A stretch of DNA of 37,808 nt from an uncultured bacterium. Its GTDB lineage: Bacteria > Bacteroidota > Bacteroidia > Bacteroidales > JACABE01. Numbering within the stretch: the stretch's first letter is position 1; each line of letters begins with the position of its first letter. Below the pieces are notes generated by a model. It was not told the DNA's origin and searched no databases. It saw only the letters and a program-made list of their open reading frames with translations. Positions 26,174 to 35,423 of the stretch are shown in pieces. The position numbers and the translations under genes were made by a program. The stretch spans positions 1 through 37,808 of the forward strand of contig CAIWDQ010000633.1 in assembly GCA_903911455.1 (NCBI GenBank), written 5' to 3'.

Positions 26174-27025
26174 ATGTTCAGATCTATCGTTGCATCTATC
26201 TTCAGGATTATCTTCACTTTCTCTTTCTTAAAGAGGAGGTACTTTGGCTTTTACAAACATTACTTTTTTCCCTACAACATGTTTAAAGGAGTAAAGAAAA
26301 CCATCAAATTCAGGCATCATCTTAAGCTTGTTTTAAGCATTGACGACTGGATTCAGCAGCATATTTACTTTACCGGGACTTACGAGGAGAGTGAGCTCCT
26401 CTTTATTGAGAAGAACCTAAAGCCAGATTCTACTTTTATTGATATTGGTGCTAATATCGGCTTGTTTTCTATTACTGCCTCGGCCGTTGTTGGCGATAAA
26501 GGCAACATCATTTCTTTTGAGCCTTTCAGCACTAATTACGATGCTTTCTGTCATAATATCAACATCAATTCTATTCATAATATTAAAGCCGAACGTTTAG
26601 CTGTTGCTGATAAAGATAAGATTATCCCTTTGTATTATAATCAGGATGAGTCTAATCTGGGGATGGTTTCTTCCTATGCTTCTAATCATACCTTAAAAGA
26701 GGAGATTATTTCCACCTCATTGGATACTTACCTTTCCGACAAGAAGATAAATACTGTTGATATTATTAAGATGGATATTGAAGGGGGAGAATACCTTGCT
26801 TTACTTGGCATGAAGAGCACTCTTATTAAGTACCATCCGCTTCTTATTATTGAGATTGATAACAACATTTTAAAAGATACTCCTTATAGTGATAAAGACA
26901 TCTATACTTATCTTAAAGAGCTCAATTACACTCCTTATTATATCAATAGTGATGGCAATCTTCTGGCTGAAAGATTAGCAGGCGACAACTCAATGAATGT
27001 TGTCTTCAGGTATAATCAAAACTAA
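26174..27025 (+). CDS. FkbM-family methyltransferase
   Basis: FIDIGANIGLFS (SAM-binding Gly-rich loop), ...FEP... and IKMDIEGGE are typical of the FkbM family. The start is moved to the first ATG. Confidence 0.75.
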   Translation: MFRSIVASIFRIIFTFSFLKRRYFGFYKHYFFPYNMFKGVKKTIKFRHHLKLVLSIDDWIQQHIYFTGTYEESELLFIEKNLKPDSTFIDIGANIGLFSITASAVVGDKGNIISFEPFSTNYDAFCHNININSIHNIKAERLAVADKDKIIPLYYNQDESNLGMVSSYASNHTLKEEIISTSLDTYLSDKKINTVDIIKMDIEGGEYLALLGMKSTLIKYHPLLIIEIDNNILKDTPYSDKDIYTYLKELNYTPYYINSDGNLLAERLAGDNSMNVVFRYNQN

Positions 27026-27037
27026 GGTTTTATAATT

Positions 27038-28510
27038 TTAAAAACTAATCCTAGTTTTTCTTTCAACCACATAAACACTTAACATGTATATCACTACAAA
27101 TATACTGTTGATGATTAGTTTTAATGATTTGGTTTCTATCTTTAGAATTTCGCTTATCAAATATAGTATCAGAGCTAAACCCAGATAAGTGAGTATCTTT
27201 TTAAGATCATAGTTGATGGGATAATGTTTTTGGCCTAAGATGTAAGATACAAGCATTATCAGGAAATAACAAATCAGTGTAGCCCAAGCTGCACCCATAT
27301 ATCCCATTATTGGTACCAGTACGAAGTTGAGTACCAGTGTAACCACAGCCCCAAAGGTTGATATGTAAGCCCCATACATTGTCTGGTCGGTGAGTTTGTA
27401 CCATATTGATAGATTGTAAAATACTCCCAGACACAGGTTGGCTAGCAGCAATATTGGTATTACCGGTGCACCTACTCTAAAATTCTTTCCTACAAACATT
27501 ATAATCACATCAATATACATCATCACCACCAGGAAAATAAATGCACACACTATGATGAAGTATTTCATTACATCGGCATATATTTGTTTGGCATCCTTGT
27601 TAGCTGCATTTGAGAAAAAGAAGGGTTCAGCAGCAAAACGGAAAGTTTGAATAAACAAAGTCATCAATATAGATACCTTGTAACAAGCTCCATATATACC
27701 CAGTTGCGACATAGCATCTCCGGTAGTTATCAGATGTTTCAGGAGTATCCTGTCAAAGGTTTCGTTAACGATACCTGCCATCCCCCAAACCATTATTGGG
27801 AGCGCGTACACAAGCATTTGTTTCCACAATACCTTATTAAAATCAAGTTTTATCTTTATGATTTCGGGCAACAACATTACTAAGGTAAGGATGCTAGCAA
27901 GCAGATTAGAGATAAAGATATAACCTACACCGATTTGCTTATGATAAAAGAGCCTTATAACGCTTCCCGCAAAGGTATTGCCCCAATGTCTTAATATATA
28001 AGGACAAAGCACCAGTAAGAACAGATTGAGGCCTATTTGTGCTGCTATATTTACTGATTTGAGGTATGCAAACCGGCGTGCTTTGTTTAGTTCTCTTAAT
28101 CTGGCAAAAGGTACTGCCGTTAAGGCATCTAAACCTAATATCAGAGCAAACCAAACTATGTATTCTTTATGACTAAGATATCCGAGTGCCGATGCTATTG
28201 ACTTTGAAAACATCCACGAAAGTGCGACAAACAATACAGAACTAACGACTAACGATATAATGGCTGTGCTGTACACTCCTTCTTTATCGGTTTCTTTTTG
28301 AGAGAAGCGGAAGAAGGCTGTTTCCATGCCGTAGGTAAGTATCACCATCAGGAAAGCCACGTAAGCGTAGAGCTCGGTGACGACGCCATACTCCGAAGTG
28401 CTGAAAACTCGGGTGTAAAGCGGTACAAGCAAATAGCTTAACAGTCGTCCTATGATGGTTGGGAGTCCATAGATGGCTGTCTGCCCTGCAAGTTTCTTAA
28501 GTGGATTCAA
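27038..28510 (-). CDS. MOP-superfamily polysaccharide/oligosaccharide flippase
   Basis: 490 aa with about 12-14 TM segments. The N-terminus LKKLAGQTAIYGLPTIIGRLLSYLLVPLYTRVF is typical of polysaccharide biosynthesis (Wzx-like) proteins. It has a TTG start. Confidence 0.8.
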   Translation of the reverse strand: MNPLKKLAGQTAIYGLPTIIGRLLSYLLVPLYTRVFSTSEYGVVTELYAYVAFLMVILTYGMETAFFRFSQKETDKEGVYSTAIISLVVSSVLFVALSWMFSKSIASALGYLSHKEYIVWFALILGLDALTAVPFARLRELNKARRFAYLKSVNIAAQIGLNLFLLVLCPYILRHWGNTFAGSVIRLFYHKQIGVGYIFISNLLASILTLVMLLPEIIKIKLDFNKVLWKQMLVYALPIMVWGMAGIVNETFDRILLKHLITTGDAMSQLGIYGACYKVSILMTLFIQTFRFAAEPFFFSNAANKDAKQIYADVMKYFIIVCAFIFLVVMMYIDVIIMFVGKNFRVGAPVIPILLLANLCLGVFYNLSIWYKLTDQTMYGAYISTFGAVVTLVLNFVLVPIMGYMGAAWATLICYFLIMLVSYILGQKHYPINYDLKKILTYLGLALILYLISEILKIETKSLKLIINSIFVVIYMLSVYVVERKTRISF

Positions 28511-28536
28511 TTGTTCAATTGTATTTATTAAAGGCG

Positions 28537-28544
28537 CAAAAGTA
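28537..28544 (-). promoter_or_regulatory. Candidate -7 box (TACTTTTG on the minus strand) for the flippase gene
   Basis: The plus strand reads CAAAAGTA, 27 nt upstream of the start at 28510. Confidence 0.4.
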
Positions 28545-28743
28545 CATATTTTTATTCAAACGTCATTTACTTTATTGTTGGTATCTAAAACTTAAAATTA
28601 TTCTTTTTATTATTTTTCCACTTGGCGTGAATGCTTTTAACTTGAATTAGTGGTTTCAACTTAAACGGTTGTCCTTTTATCTGCGAAAGCATAAGAATAA
28701 AAAAGGAGAGTAGTATAATAATAAACTGTATAAAGTACCATGT

Positions 28744-28822
28744 CGTCATTGCGAACGTAGTGAAGCAATCTCAAAAGTCTTGTATTTATTAGATTGCTTC
28801 GTCGTACCTCCTCGCAATGACG
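28744..28822 (-). repeat. Palindromic (hairpin) copy of the CGTCATTGCGA...GAAGCAATCT box element
   Basis: The left arm CGTCATTGCGAACGTAGTGAAGCAATCT (28744-28771) and right arm AGATTGCTTCGTCGTACCTCCTCGCAATGACG (28791-28822) form an imperfect hairpin. It has an 11-bp outer stem and a 10-bp inner stem. The right arm is the reverse complement of 18049-18080 with one mismatch. Confidence 0.85.
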
Positions 28823-28855
28823 TGGTTTTCATTTTAAGTTTACTTATCGTTTTTT

Positions 28856-28896
28856 CTTAATTAATTCTTAATTCTTAATTCGTAATTCGTAATTTT
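28856..28896 (-). repeat. Short tandem repeat (7-bp unit, 4 full copies plus partial ones) about 20 nt after the TonB-dependent receptor stop
   Basis: The plus strand reads AATTCTT AATTCTT AATTCGT AATTCGT AATTTT. On the coding strand this is ACGAATT ACGAATT AAGAATT AAGAATT. Confidence 0.8.
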
Positions 28897-28916
28897 CCCA
28901 ACAACAAAATCCATGC

Positions 28917-31205
28917 CTACTTAATAGTATACCTCAAACCAGCATAAATAGTAGTCCCAACAATAGGTCCCCAAGTCATGGTAGTATCAAAATGAGTATG
29001 ATATGGTCTGGTATATTGAGTAATAGGATCAGTTTGCCTGAAATCACCAAGGTTTTCACCACCTAAATAAACATCAAAATGCTTAAATTTTCTAGTTATT
29101 TGAGCATTAAAAATAACATATTCAGGAGTAGTATCAGGTCTTCTTAAAGTAGTAGGCATTTTGCTTTGATTAGGTAACCTTGCACTACCATTAAACTGAG
29201 TTGTAAAATCAATTTTCCACTTTTCAAACTTAGTAGCATAAGATAATGTAATAAGACCTTTATATTTATTAACAAACGGGCGTTGTTGCAGAGCTCCATT
29301 AATAGTAGTCTTAACATCATTAATACGATAAGCCACCAAAATAGTAAGACGCTTAATAGGCTCCATGCTTAGCTGTGCCTGATAACTGTTTGAATAAGAA
29401 TCACCCTTAAGATTATAGAAATAAGCTGTAGTTGGAATGCTATCCAGATCAACTATCACCTGATTCATAAAGTTAGTACGATAAACATCTATATCAAATT
29501 CAGCTTTACGACCAAATAATGAAAACTCTTTAGTAAAATTAACGCCAAAATTAAGAGCTTTTTCTTGTTTCAAATCATTAGCAAAAACAAAAGATCTTTG
29601 ACTTGCTAACAACGAAAGGTTTTCAGAAATAACATTAGCAGTTCTGTAACCATATCCAGCCGAAGCTCTTATAACAGTTAAAGCATCTATATGATACCTT
29701 AAGTTTATACGAGGAGTATAAAACATTCCGTACTTATTATGATGGTCGGCCCTGATCCCGGCAATGATTGTAAGCTTATCATTATGGGTATATGTATATT
29801 CAAAATAGGCACCCGGAATAGATTCATCTCTGTTTAAGTTGTAAAGAGTATCCCTGCTAGATTTAACTATCAGTTTATTGAAAGAAAATAATGTTTGATC
29901 GTAATTTTCAACGAAGTTATCCAGTATATAGCTCAATCCGGTTGTAAATTTATTATCTTTATTGACTATATAAGATTGATAAAGAAGATTAGCATATAAA
30001 GTCCTTTCACGACCATAATAATTATTGATACCAAAATAACCTTCCTGCTCATGATTAGTGGCATTAACAATAATAGCAAGACTAGTGTAAGGACGATTCT
30101 GAAAAATTATTCCATTTTTCCAGAAAGCTTCAGCTCTACGAGTAGTAAGACTAAAACCATAAGGTTCTTTTGCCTGATTAATCAAAGCAGTATCTAAAAC
30201 AAATGTATTCTTATCGTAATCCATAGTGCCTCCACTGCGATGCTCTTCCATATATTTAATTCCAAATCTTGAGGTATATTTACCCGGATTCATATAATCC
30301 CACCTGTTGAAAAGATTAATAGTAGTAACTCTTGGAATATCCATAAAGTTATCATTGTTTTTATCAATCTTATTATCTATATAATCAGTATGAATCATAA
30401 GCATAGTACTTAATTTATCATTAAGTTTATAAGCACTTGTGATATTTGCTTCAGCTCTTTGATGATTATTAACATAAAGATTAACAAACAAAGGCTCAGC
30501 TGTAGAAGGTTTCTTGTATTCAACATTAATCTGACCGGTTATTGATTCAAAACCATTGATTACTGAAGAAGTTCCCTTCGCAATTTGAATAGATTCCATC
30601 CACGAACCTGGAATATAATTCAATCCAAAGCTGGAAGCCATCCCTCTTACCGAAGGAAAGTTCTCAGTTTGTATTTGACTATAGATTCCAGAAAGTCCTA
30701 AAAGCTGAATTTGTCTGGCTCCTGTAATTGCATCACTATATGAAACGTCAACTGAAGCGTTAGTTTCAAAACTTTCGGAAAGATTACAACAAGCTGCTTT
30801 AAAAAGTTCGCCTGTATTAATAACTTGAACGTTGCGTGTATTTAATTTAGAAATATAACTGTCGTTACGTTCGTTTATTTCAACAACATTTAACAATTGT
30901 TTTTCATTAGTCATAATATGATTAACCTTTGGATTTACATTTGAAACATCAACAGTGTCAGTTTTAAAACTCATCATTCTAAAAACTAAACGTTGATCTT
31001 TAATACCCTTAACAGATAGTTTATATTCACCTTTAGAATCGGTTATAGTACCTTGGGTAGTACCAATCCAGAAAACATTTGCCCCAACAATCGGAGACAT
31101 TTCTTTTTTATCATTCATCTCGTAAACAATACCAGTTATATTTTGCGAAATAACGGTATATGAAATAAGCAACATTATAGTTGCGATTAATATTCTTAAT
31201 CTCAT
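28917..31205 (-). CDS. TonB-dependent receptor with N-terminal carboxypeptidase-regulatory-like domain
   Basis: Signal peptide MRLRILIATIMLLISYTVISQ, then a CarbopepD_reg-like segment (ITGIVYE...GANVFW.GT..GT.TD..G.Y.L), a plug and a large beta-barrel. The start is moved to the ATG at 31205. Confidence 0.85.
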   Translation of the reverse strand: MRLRILIATIMLLISYTVISQNITGIVYEMNDKKEMSPIVGANVFWIGTTQGTITDSKGEYKLSVKGIKDQRLVFRMMSFKTDTVDVSNVNPKVNHIMTNEKQLLNVVEINERNDSYISKLNTRNVQVINTGELFKAACCNLSESFETNASVDVSYSDAITGARQIQLLGLSGIYSQIQTENFPSVRGMASSFGLNYIPGSWMESIQIAKGTSSVINGFESITGQINVEYKKPSTAEPLFVNLYVNNHQRAEANITSAYKLNDKLSTMLMIHTDYIDNKIDKNNDNFMDIPRVTTINLFNRWDYMNPGKYTSRFGIKYMEEHRSGGTMDYDKNTFVLDTALINQAKEPYGFSLTTRRAEAFWKNGIIFQNRPYTSLAIIVNATNHEQEGYFGINNYYGRERTLYANLLYQSYIVNKDNKFTTGLSYILDNFVENYDQTLFSFNKLIVKSSRDTLYNLNRDESIPGAYFEYTYTHNDKLTIIAGIRADHHNKYGMFYTPRINLRYHIDALTVIRASAGYGYRTANVISENLSLLASQRSFVFANDLKQEKALNFGVNFTKEFSLFGRKAEFDIDVYRTNFMNQVIVDLDSIPTTAYFYNLKGDSYSNSYQAQLSMEPIKRLTILVAYRINDVKTTINGALQQRPFVNKYKGLITLSYATKFEKWKIDFTTQFNGSARLPNQSKMPTTLRRPDTTPEYVIFNAQITRKFKHFDVYLGGENLGDFRQTDPITQYTRPYHTHFDTTMTWGPIVGTTIYAGLRYTIK

Positions 31206-31286
31206 TGTAATTTTATTTATTGAATTAATAGAAATAATTAATTGAGAGCACATATAATGCTCTTCATTTCTGAACCCAGAAATAAC

Positions 31287-31766
31287 CTATAGAAGAGATG
31301 AAGAAAAAGGGATCTTAATATTATGAATAAAATGAATCAGATATTTACCTACGAGTTGGAGAGGAGGCGGATGATACAAACATTGATCATCTTTATTATT
31401 GCTTCCTTCCTCAGCTAAAGTATTTGTATTGAAGATAACCGGATACTGATCAACAATTAATTTAATTATTGATATTTGTTTATCTACTTGAAAAGAAATT
31501 TTAAGGTACTGATAAGTATTGTTACAACAATTACTCTTACTTATATTGTTTTTAGAAGTATTATTAAGAGATGTATGATGTTTAGAACAACAACATTTCT
31601 TCATAGATTCAACTTCTGTCTTACATTTATAGTTCTCTGAAAAGAGTTTAACATGTTCCGTTTTAGAAGTATTGCAATAATGCTTCACATAACTAAACCC
31701 GGTAGAAGCCACCAGGAAAAGCGAAACCATTAAAACGTATACTATGTTAAGAAACATCTTTTTCAT
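31287..31766 (-). CDS. Small membrane-anchored Cys/His-rich protein (resembles the HYC_CC_PP family found next to TonB-dependent receptors)
   Basis: 159 aa with an N-terminal TM helix, followed by KHYC, KKCCCSKHH, SNCCNN and YHPPP motifs. It lies 81 nt upstream of the receptor gene on the same strand. The family name is recalled from memory and not verified. Confidence 0.55.
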   Translation of the reverse strand: MKKMFLNIVYVLMVSLFLVASTGFSYVKHYCNTSKTEHVKLFSENYKCKTEVESMKKCCCSKHHTSLNNTSKNNISKSNCCNNTYQYLKISFQVDKQISIIKLIVDQYPVIFNTNTLAEEGSNNKDDQCLYHPPPLQLVGKYLIHFIHNIKIPFSSSLL

Positions 31767-31823
31767 ATTGCAAAAATAAACAATTTTTTAATACAAAAGT
31801 TATTTTTAACTAAAATAAAAAAC

Positions 31824-32186
31824 AACAGTTCTGTAAGCCGGGTTCTGTTTCCTTGTAAAAGGACTTCTATCATTTATCTACTATTATTGTCGCCAATAAT
31901 CTCTAACGACCTACCCCCCGGCATTGGACGAGCAGCCCTTATCAACCGGTATATTTGGTCTTTCAACCCATAAGGTTTACCCTTGTGCTATGTTGCCATA
32001 ATACAACGTGAGCTCTTACCTCACATTTTCACCCTTACCCTGCATTAAACGGGGCGGTTATTTTCTGTGGCACTCTCTGTTACATCAATTACTCAATGTA
32101 CCTTCCCGTTAGGAAGTATGGCGCTCTATGTTGCCCGGACTTTCCTCTCCCTCACCTAAGTAAAGCAGCGATAGAACGAACTGTTG
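31824..32186 (-). ncRNA. rnpB: RNase P RNA, bacterial type A
   Basis: On the minus strand, the 5' CAACAGUUC pairs with the 3' GAACUGUUG to form P1. The universally conserved GAGGAAAGUCCGGGC (plus 32133-32147) and ACAGAACCCGGCUUAC (plus 31834-31849) form P4. AGUGCCACAGAAAAUAACCGCC, GGUAAGGGUGAAA and GGUAAGAGC are also present. Length is about 363 nt. Confidence 0.93.
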
Positions 32187-32253
32187 TTTTATTTTAAAGA
32201 TCTTTTTAATTATATTTTAAAAATAATCACAAGGTACCTGAGCTTGTCGAAGG

Positions 32254-33360
32254 TTAATTCGTTGTATTAATAAACACCTCTGTTGCTCCTACTCCATATT
32301 TAGCCATCGATGCATCAAAATAATGAAGGTTATTATACATCTTTAATACTTTAATTATTTCATTCCTTAATGTACCATTACCAACACCATGTATGAAAAC
32401 TATCTTCTGAATCTTATTCATAAATGCTCCTTCCAGACATTTAATAAAATAATCTAGTTGAATGCGAAGCATCTCAGCATTATCCAACAAATAATAATCA
32501 TCTACTAATTGACCAATATGTAAATCAATTTCAGCTGTAGAACTATTCACCATATGATCAGTTAAAATATTTTCAGGGTCAGTGTGTCTAACTTTAGTTA
32601 TCTTGGGTTCATCAGCTATCTCTTCTTTATCTTTTCTCCTGTATAAGTTATCAGTTATTGCTTTATTGTCAGCAATAAGTCCAATGGTTATCAGTAGAGA
32701 CTTTTCTGTAAAGAAAGAAGATGCAATATAATTTTCTTCTTTAAAGAATCTTGCTCCTTTAACTTTAAACTCAGCATTTAAAGGGACCAATACTCTATCC
32801 TTTTCGCTTGCATGAAACAATACTTGTACAATTCCTTTGCTCCAACCCTCAAGTTCATCTCTGTTAATACTTATAAGATGTGTTTTAGTCTCAGCTTGCA
32901 AAACATCATAATCAACTCCCTCAAACTTACCTTCATCTGTAGTTAAAAATAAACTATACAGAACTTCATATTCACTATGATTAACAAGATAAATATCGAT
33001 AATACCTGTAGTAAGCCATCTTTGATCTTGTGGAACATATGCCAGATATATCCCTGCTGCATTTTCATTTCCATGATAGGCTCTTTTTAAATCAGATTTC
33101 CTTTCGTAGACTTCTTCTACCTGATTAGTTGTTGTCTTATTATTATTTTGTATTGTATTAATATCTACATTATAATCCTTATTAAACAATCGTGAAGCCG
33201 CACCTGTATCTTCTATCTTTAAAAGCTCGTTAACCATTGTAGGTACTTCAAACCCTTCTTCTATTGCCACACTAACCATTGTAGGACTAATAACTTTGGT
33301 TACTATTCCACCACCAACTGTATTAAGAAACTTTACTTTGTCGCCTGCTTTGAAATTCAT
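32254..33360 (-). CDS. Smr-domain protein (DUF2027-like N-terminal region)
   Basis: 368 aa. The C-terminal ~90 aa (EIDLHIGQL...IVFIHGVGNGTLRNEI...YGVGATEVFI) is an Smr/MutS2-type domain. The N-terminal part is typical of the Bacteroidota DUF2027 architecture, a name assigned from memory. Confidence 0.7.
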   Translation of the reverse strand: MNFKAGDKVKFLNTVGGGIVTKVISPTMVSVAIEEGFEVPTMVNELLKIEDTGAASRLFNKDYNVDINTIQNNNKTTTNQVEEVYERKSDLKRAYHGNENAAGIYLAYVPQDQRWLTTGIIDIYLVNHSEYEVLYSLFLTTDEGKFEGVDYDVLQAETKTHLISINRDELEGWSKGIVQVLFHASEKDRVLVPLNAEFKVKGARFFKEENYIASSFFTEKSLLITIGLIADNKAITDNLYRRKDKEEIADEPKITKVRHTDPENILTDHMVNSSTAEIDLHIGQLVDDYYLLDNAEMLRIQLDYFIKCLEGAFMNKIQKIVFIHGVGNGTLRNEIIKVLKMYNNLHYFDASMAKYGVGATEVFINTTN

Positions 33361-33374
33361 ATTAAAATTTTCTG

Positions 33375-33382
33375 CAAAATTA
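33375..33382 (-). promoter_or_regulatory. Candidate -7 box (TAATTTTG on the minus strand) for the Smr-domain gene
   Basis: The plus strand reads CAAAATTA, 15 nt upstream of the ATG at 33360. Confidence 0.4.
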
Positions 33383-33465
33383 CGATTAATACTCCAATTT
33401 ATTATCTTTAAATGTAACAGATATATTAATTATTCGTAAACGACCTTTAATTTAATTTATATTAG

Positions 33466-33473
33466 TAATTTTG
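33466..33473 (+). promoter_or_regulatory. Candidate -7 box (TAATTTTG) for the antiporter gene
   Basis: It lies 22 nt upstream of the ATG at 33495. Confidence 0.45.
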
Positions 33474-33494
33474 AACAAAATTTAAACACTATTT

Positions 33495-34727
33495 ATGATA
33501 CAAGTATTCGGTCATCAGGTTCCTTTCATTGTTTTGCTGTTATGTGTGTTATTATTAGCGCGTATGCTTGGCGAAATAATGGAAAGGTTTAATCAACCCT
33601 CTATGATCGGAGAAGTATTAGCCGGTATTATTCTTGGTCCAACCTTATTAAACTTCGCACATCCTTCGCCCGAACTCAAAGTAATATCAGATCTTGGTGT
33701 TTTTCTTTTAGTAATTCTTGCAGGAATGGAGATCGACATTGAAGAATTACGTGCATCAATGAAAGGGCGAAACAGTTGGATAGCTCTTTTAGGTTTTATC
33801 ATCCCAATGTTTAGTGGAATTGTAATCGGATTGATTTTTAAACTGGATATAATGCTCACCGTTTTCCTCGCTTTATGTATTTCTATCACAGCATTACCGG
33901 TAAGTATTCGGATTTTAATGGATCTCGGAAAACTTAATTCTGATATCGGGCAAAAGATTATCTCTGCTGCTATCTTTAATGATATTCTATCGCTCTTAAT
34001 TCTTGGAGTTATACTTGATTTAAATGGCAACTCTTTTAATTATCAACAATTAAGTTTTAAAGTACTTATAACAGTTACAAAAGTTGTTTTCTTTATGGCT
34101 TTGATGCTCTTTGCCTATCGTCTTTTCCATAGGGCTAAGGGAAAAGTAACCATTATTAATCATAAGTTCCAGAACTTTTTATCATACCTTAAAGGAAAAG
34201 AATCTTTATTTGCAGTTATGATGCTTTTTGTTTTGATCTTCGCTAGTCTTTCTGAACTTGTTGGATTACATTTTGTAATAGGAGCATTTTTTGGTGCAGT
34301 ATTATTACCACGCGAGATGTTAGGTATTGATAATTTTAACAAAGTACAGGAAAACACATCCAGTATTACAATGGGATTTCTGGCTCCAATCTTTTTTGCT
34401 GCAATGGGTATTGAATTTAATTTGCTTTCCATCACTAATATTGCATTATTAATTGTTGTAATTATAGCTTCTTTTGTTAGTAAGATATTAGGAGGTTATT
34501 TGGGTGGAAGGATGGCAAAACTTAGCAAGCCTCAATCCTTTACACTTGGGATAGGATTAAATGCAAGAGGTATTATGGAACTTGTAATTGCTAATATTGC
34601 CTTACAAAATAAGTTTATCGACATCCCATTGTTCTCAATATTAGTATTGATGGGGATTATTACAACAGTTGTTACACCATTTCTTTTAAAAAGATCCTTT
34701 GCTGAAGTTGATAAAGCAGAAATGTAA
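33495..34727 (+). CDS. Cation:proton antiporter (CPA2 / Na+/H+ exchanger family), no C-terminal regulatory domain
   Basis: 410 aa with about 11-12 TM segments. The N-terminus LLLARMLGEIMERFNQPSMIGEVLAGIILGP is characteristic of Kef/NapA-type antiporters. Confidence 0.85.
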   Translation: MIQVFGHQVPFIVLLLCVLLLARMLGEIMERFNQPSMIGEVLAGIILGPTLLNFAHPSPELKVISDLGVFLLVILAGMEIDIEELRASMKGRNSWIALLGFIIPMFSGIVIGLIFKLDIMLTVFLALCISITALPVSIRILMDLGKLNSDIGQKIISAAIFNDILSLLILGVILDLNGNSFNYQQLSFKVLITVTKVVFFMALMLFAYRLFHRAKGKVTIINHKFQNFLSYLKGKESLFAVMMLFVLIFASLSELVGLHFVIGAFFGAVLLPREMLGIDNFNKVQENTSSITMGFLAPIFFAAMGIEFNLLSITNIALLIVVIIASFVSKILGGYLGGRMAKLSKPQSFTLGIGLNARGIMELVIANIALQNKFIDIPLFSILVLMGIITTVVTPFLLKRSFAEVDKAEM

Positions 34728-34742
34728 TATATTATTCTAATG

Positions 34743-35303
34743 CTAATTTATTTTCTTTACACCTTCCGCTTTCTTAAAGAATCCTTTATCTATCATCATT
34801 TCTAACTCTGCTTTTGAGGGATCAATTAAGTAATATTTTACTTCATTATTCTCTTTCTTAAACTCTTTCACAGCTATTATTTTCTTTAGTTTCTTTGCTG
34901 TTGCTTTGGCTTCTTTATCATCAAAATCTATATAATAAATCTCCAGATAAGCATTATTTAATTTTAAAAGAGTTACCATCCAGGCTCCTGTTTCTTTATC
35001 TTTAATGCTTACAATGTAGTAATCTTTCAGTTGTTTAAGTTGTAAGCTATCCGAAATATACATTTTTGAATTTGAAGATAGATCATTCAAATTCTTTTTA
35101 GTAGTAATGTATTCTATATAATTAGATTTTATTTCTATTGTCTCGCTATCTTTTTCAACGTGTGCATATTTACCACATATTTTGGCAGGAAACTCCTTTA
35201 GATTTGCACCATCTTTTGGTTGTGATGTCTTAAATAAGATGGCTGTGCACGATGTTAATAATAATAGTATTATTGATGTTGATATTAATATTGATTTTTT
35301 CAT
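34743..35303 (-). CDS. Hypothetical lipoprotein
   Basis: MKKSILISTSIILLLLTSC is a lipoprotein signal with a lipobox Cys. The start is moved from 35348 to the ATG at 35303, because a -7 box lies inside the longer version. Confidence 0.65.
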   Translation of the reverse strand: MKKSILISTSIILLLLTSCTAILFKTSQPKDGANLKEFPAKICGKYAHVEKDSETIEIKSNYIEYITTKKNLNDLSSNSKMYISDSLQLKQLKDYYIVSIKDKETGAWMVTLLKLNNAYLEIYYIDFDDKEAKATAKKLKKIIAVKEFKKENNEVKYYLIDPSKAELEMMIDKGFFKKAEGVKKIN

Positions 35304-35324
35304 TTTATTATTGATTTTAAAATG

Positions 35325-35332
35325 CAAATATA
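35325..35332 (-). promoter_or_regulatory. Candidate -7 box (TATATTTG on the minus strand) for the lipoprotein gene
   Basis: The plus strand reads CAAATATA, 22 nt upstream of the ATG at 35303. Confidence 0.4.
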
Positions 35333-35423
35333 CAAAAAAAAATATCAATTATAATTATTAAAATGAATAAAATTAAGGAAATTCTTTTTATTAAAAACTT
35401 TTAAGAAATGTAAACTCAATAAT

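Noticed and set aside
18049-28822. A 10.7-kb invertible or mobile segment bounded by the inverted 32-nt boxes
   Set aside because: The interior is mostly core, conserved-looking operon content (dut, EnvC-like, TPR, flippase). No recombinase or transposase is present. The boxes are better explained as dispersed REP-like 3'-end elements.
33593-34030. Antisense or alternative-frame ORFs inside real genes: 3797-4000, 4326-4586, 5825-6049, 10815-11154, 11852-13125, 14239-14505, 16122-16611, 17436-17756, 19371-20190, 20879-21151, 22349-22543, 23751-23960, 25335-25517, 27207-28154, 33593-34435, 35702-36244, 37458-37670
   Set aside because: All are fully embedded in longer ORFs with clear family identity. 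They have low-complexity or skewed composition typical of shadow ORFs in AT-rich or repeat-encoding DNA.
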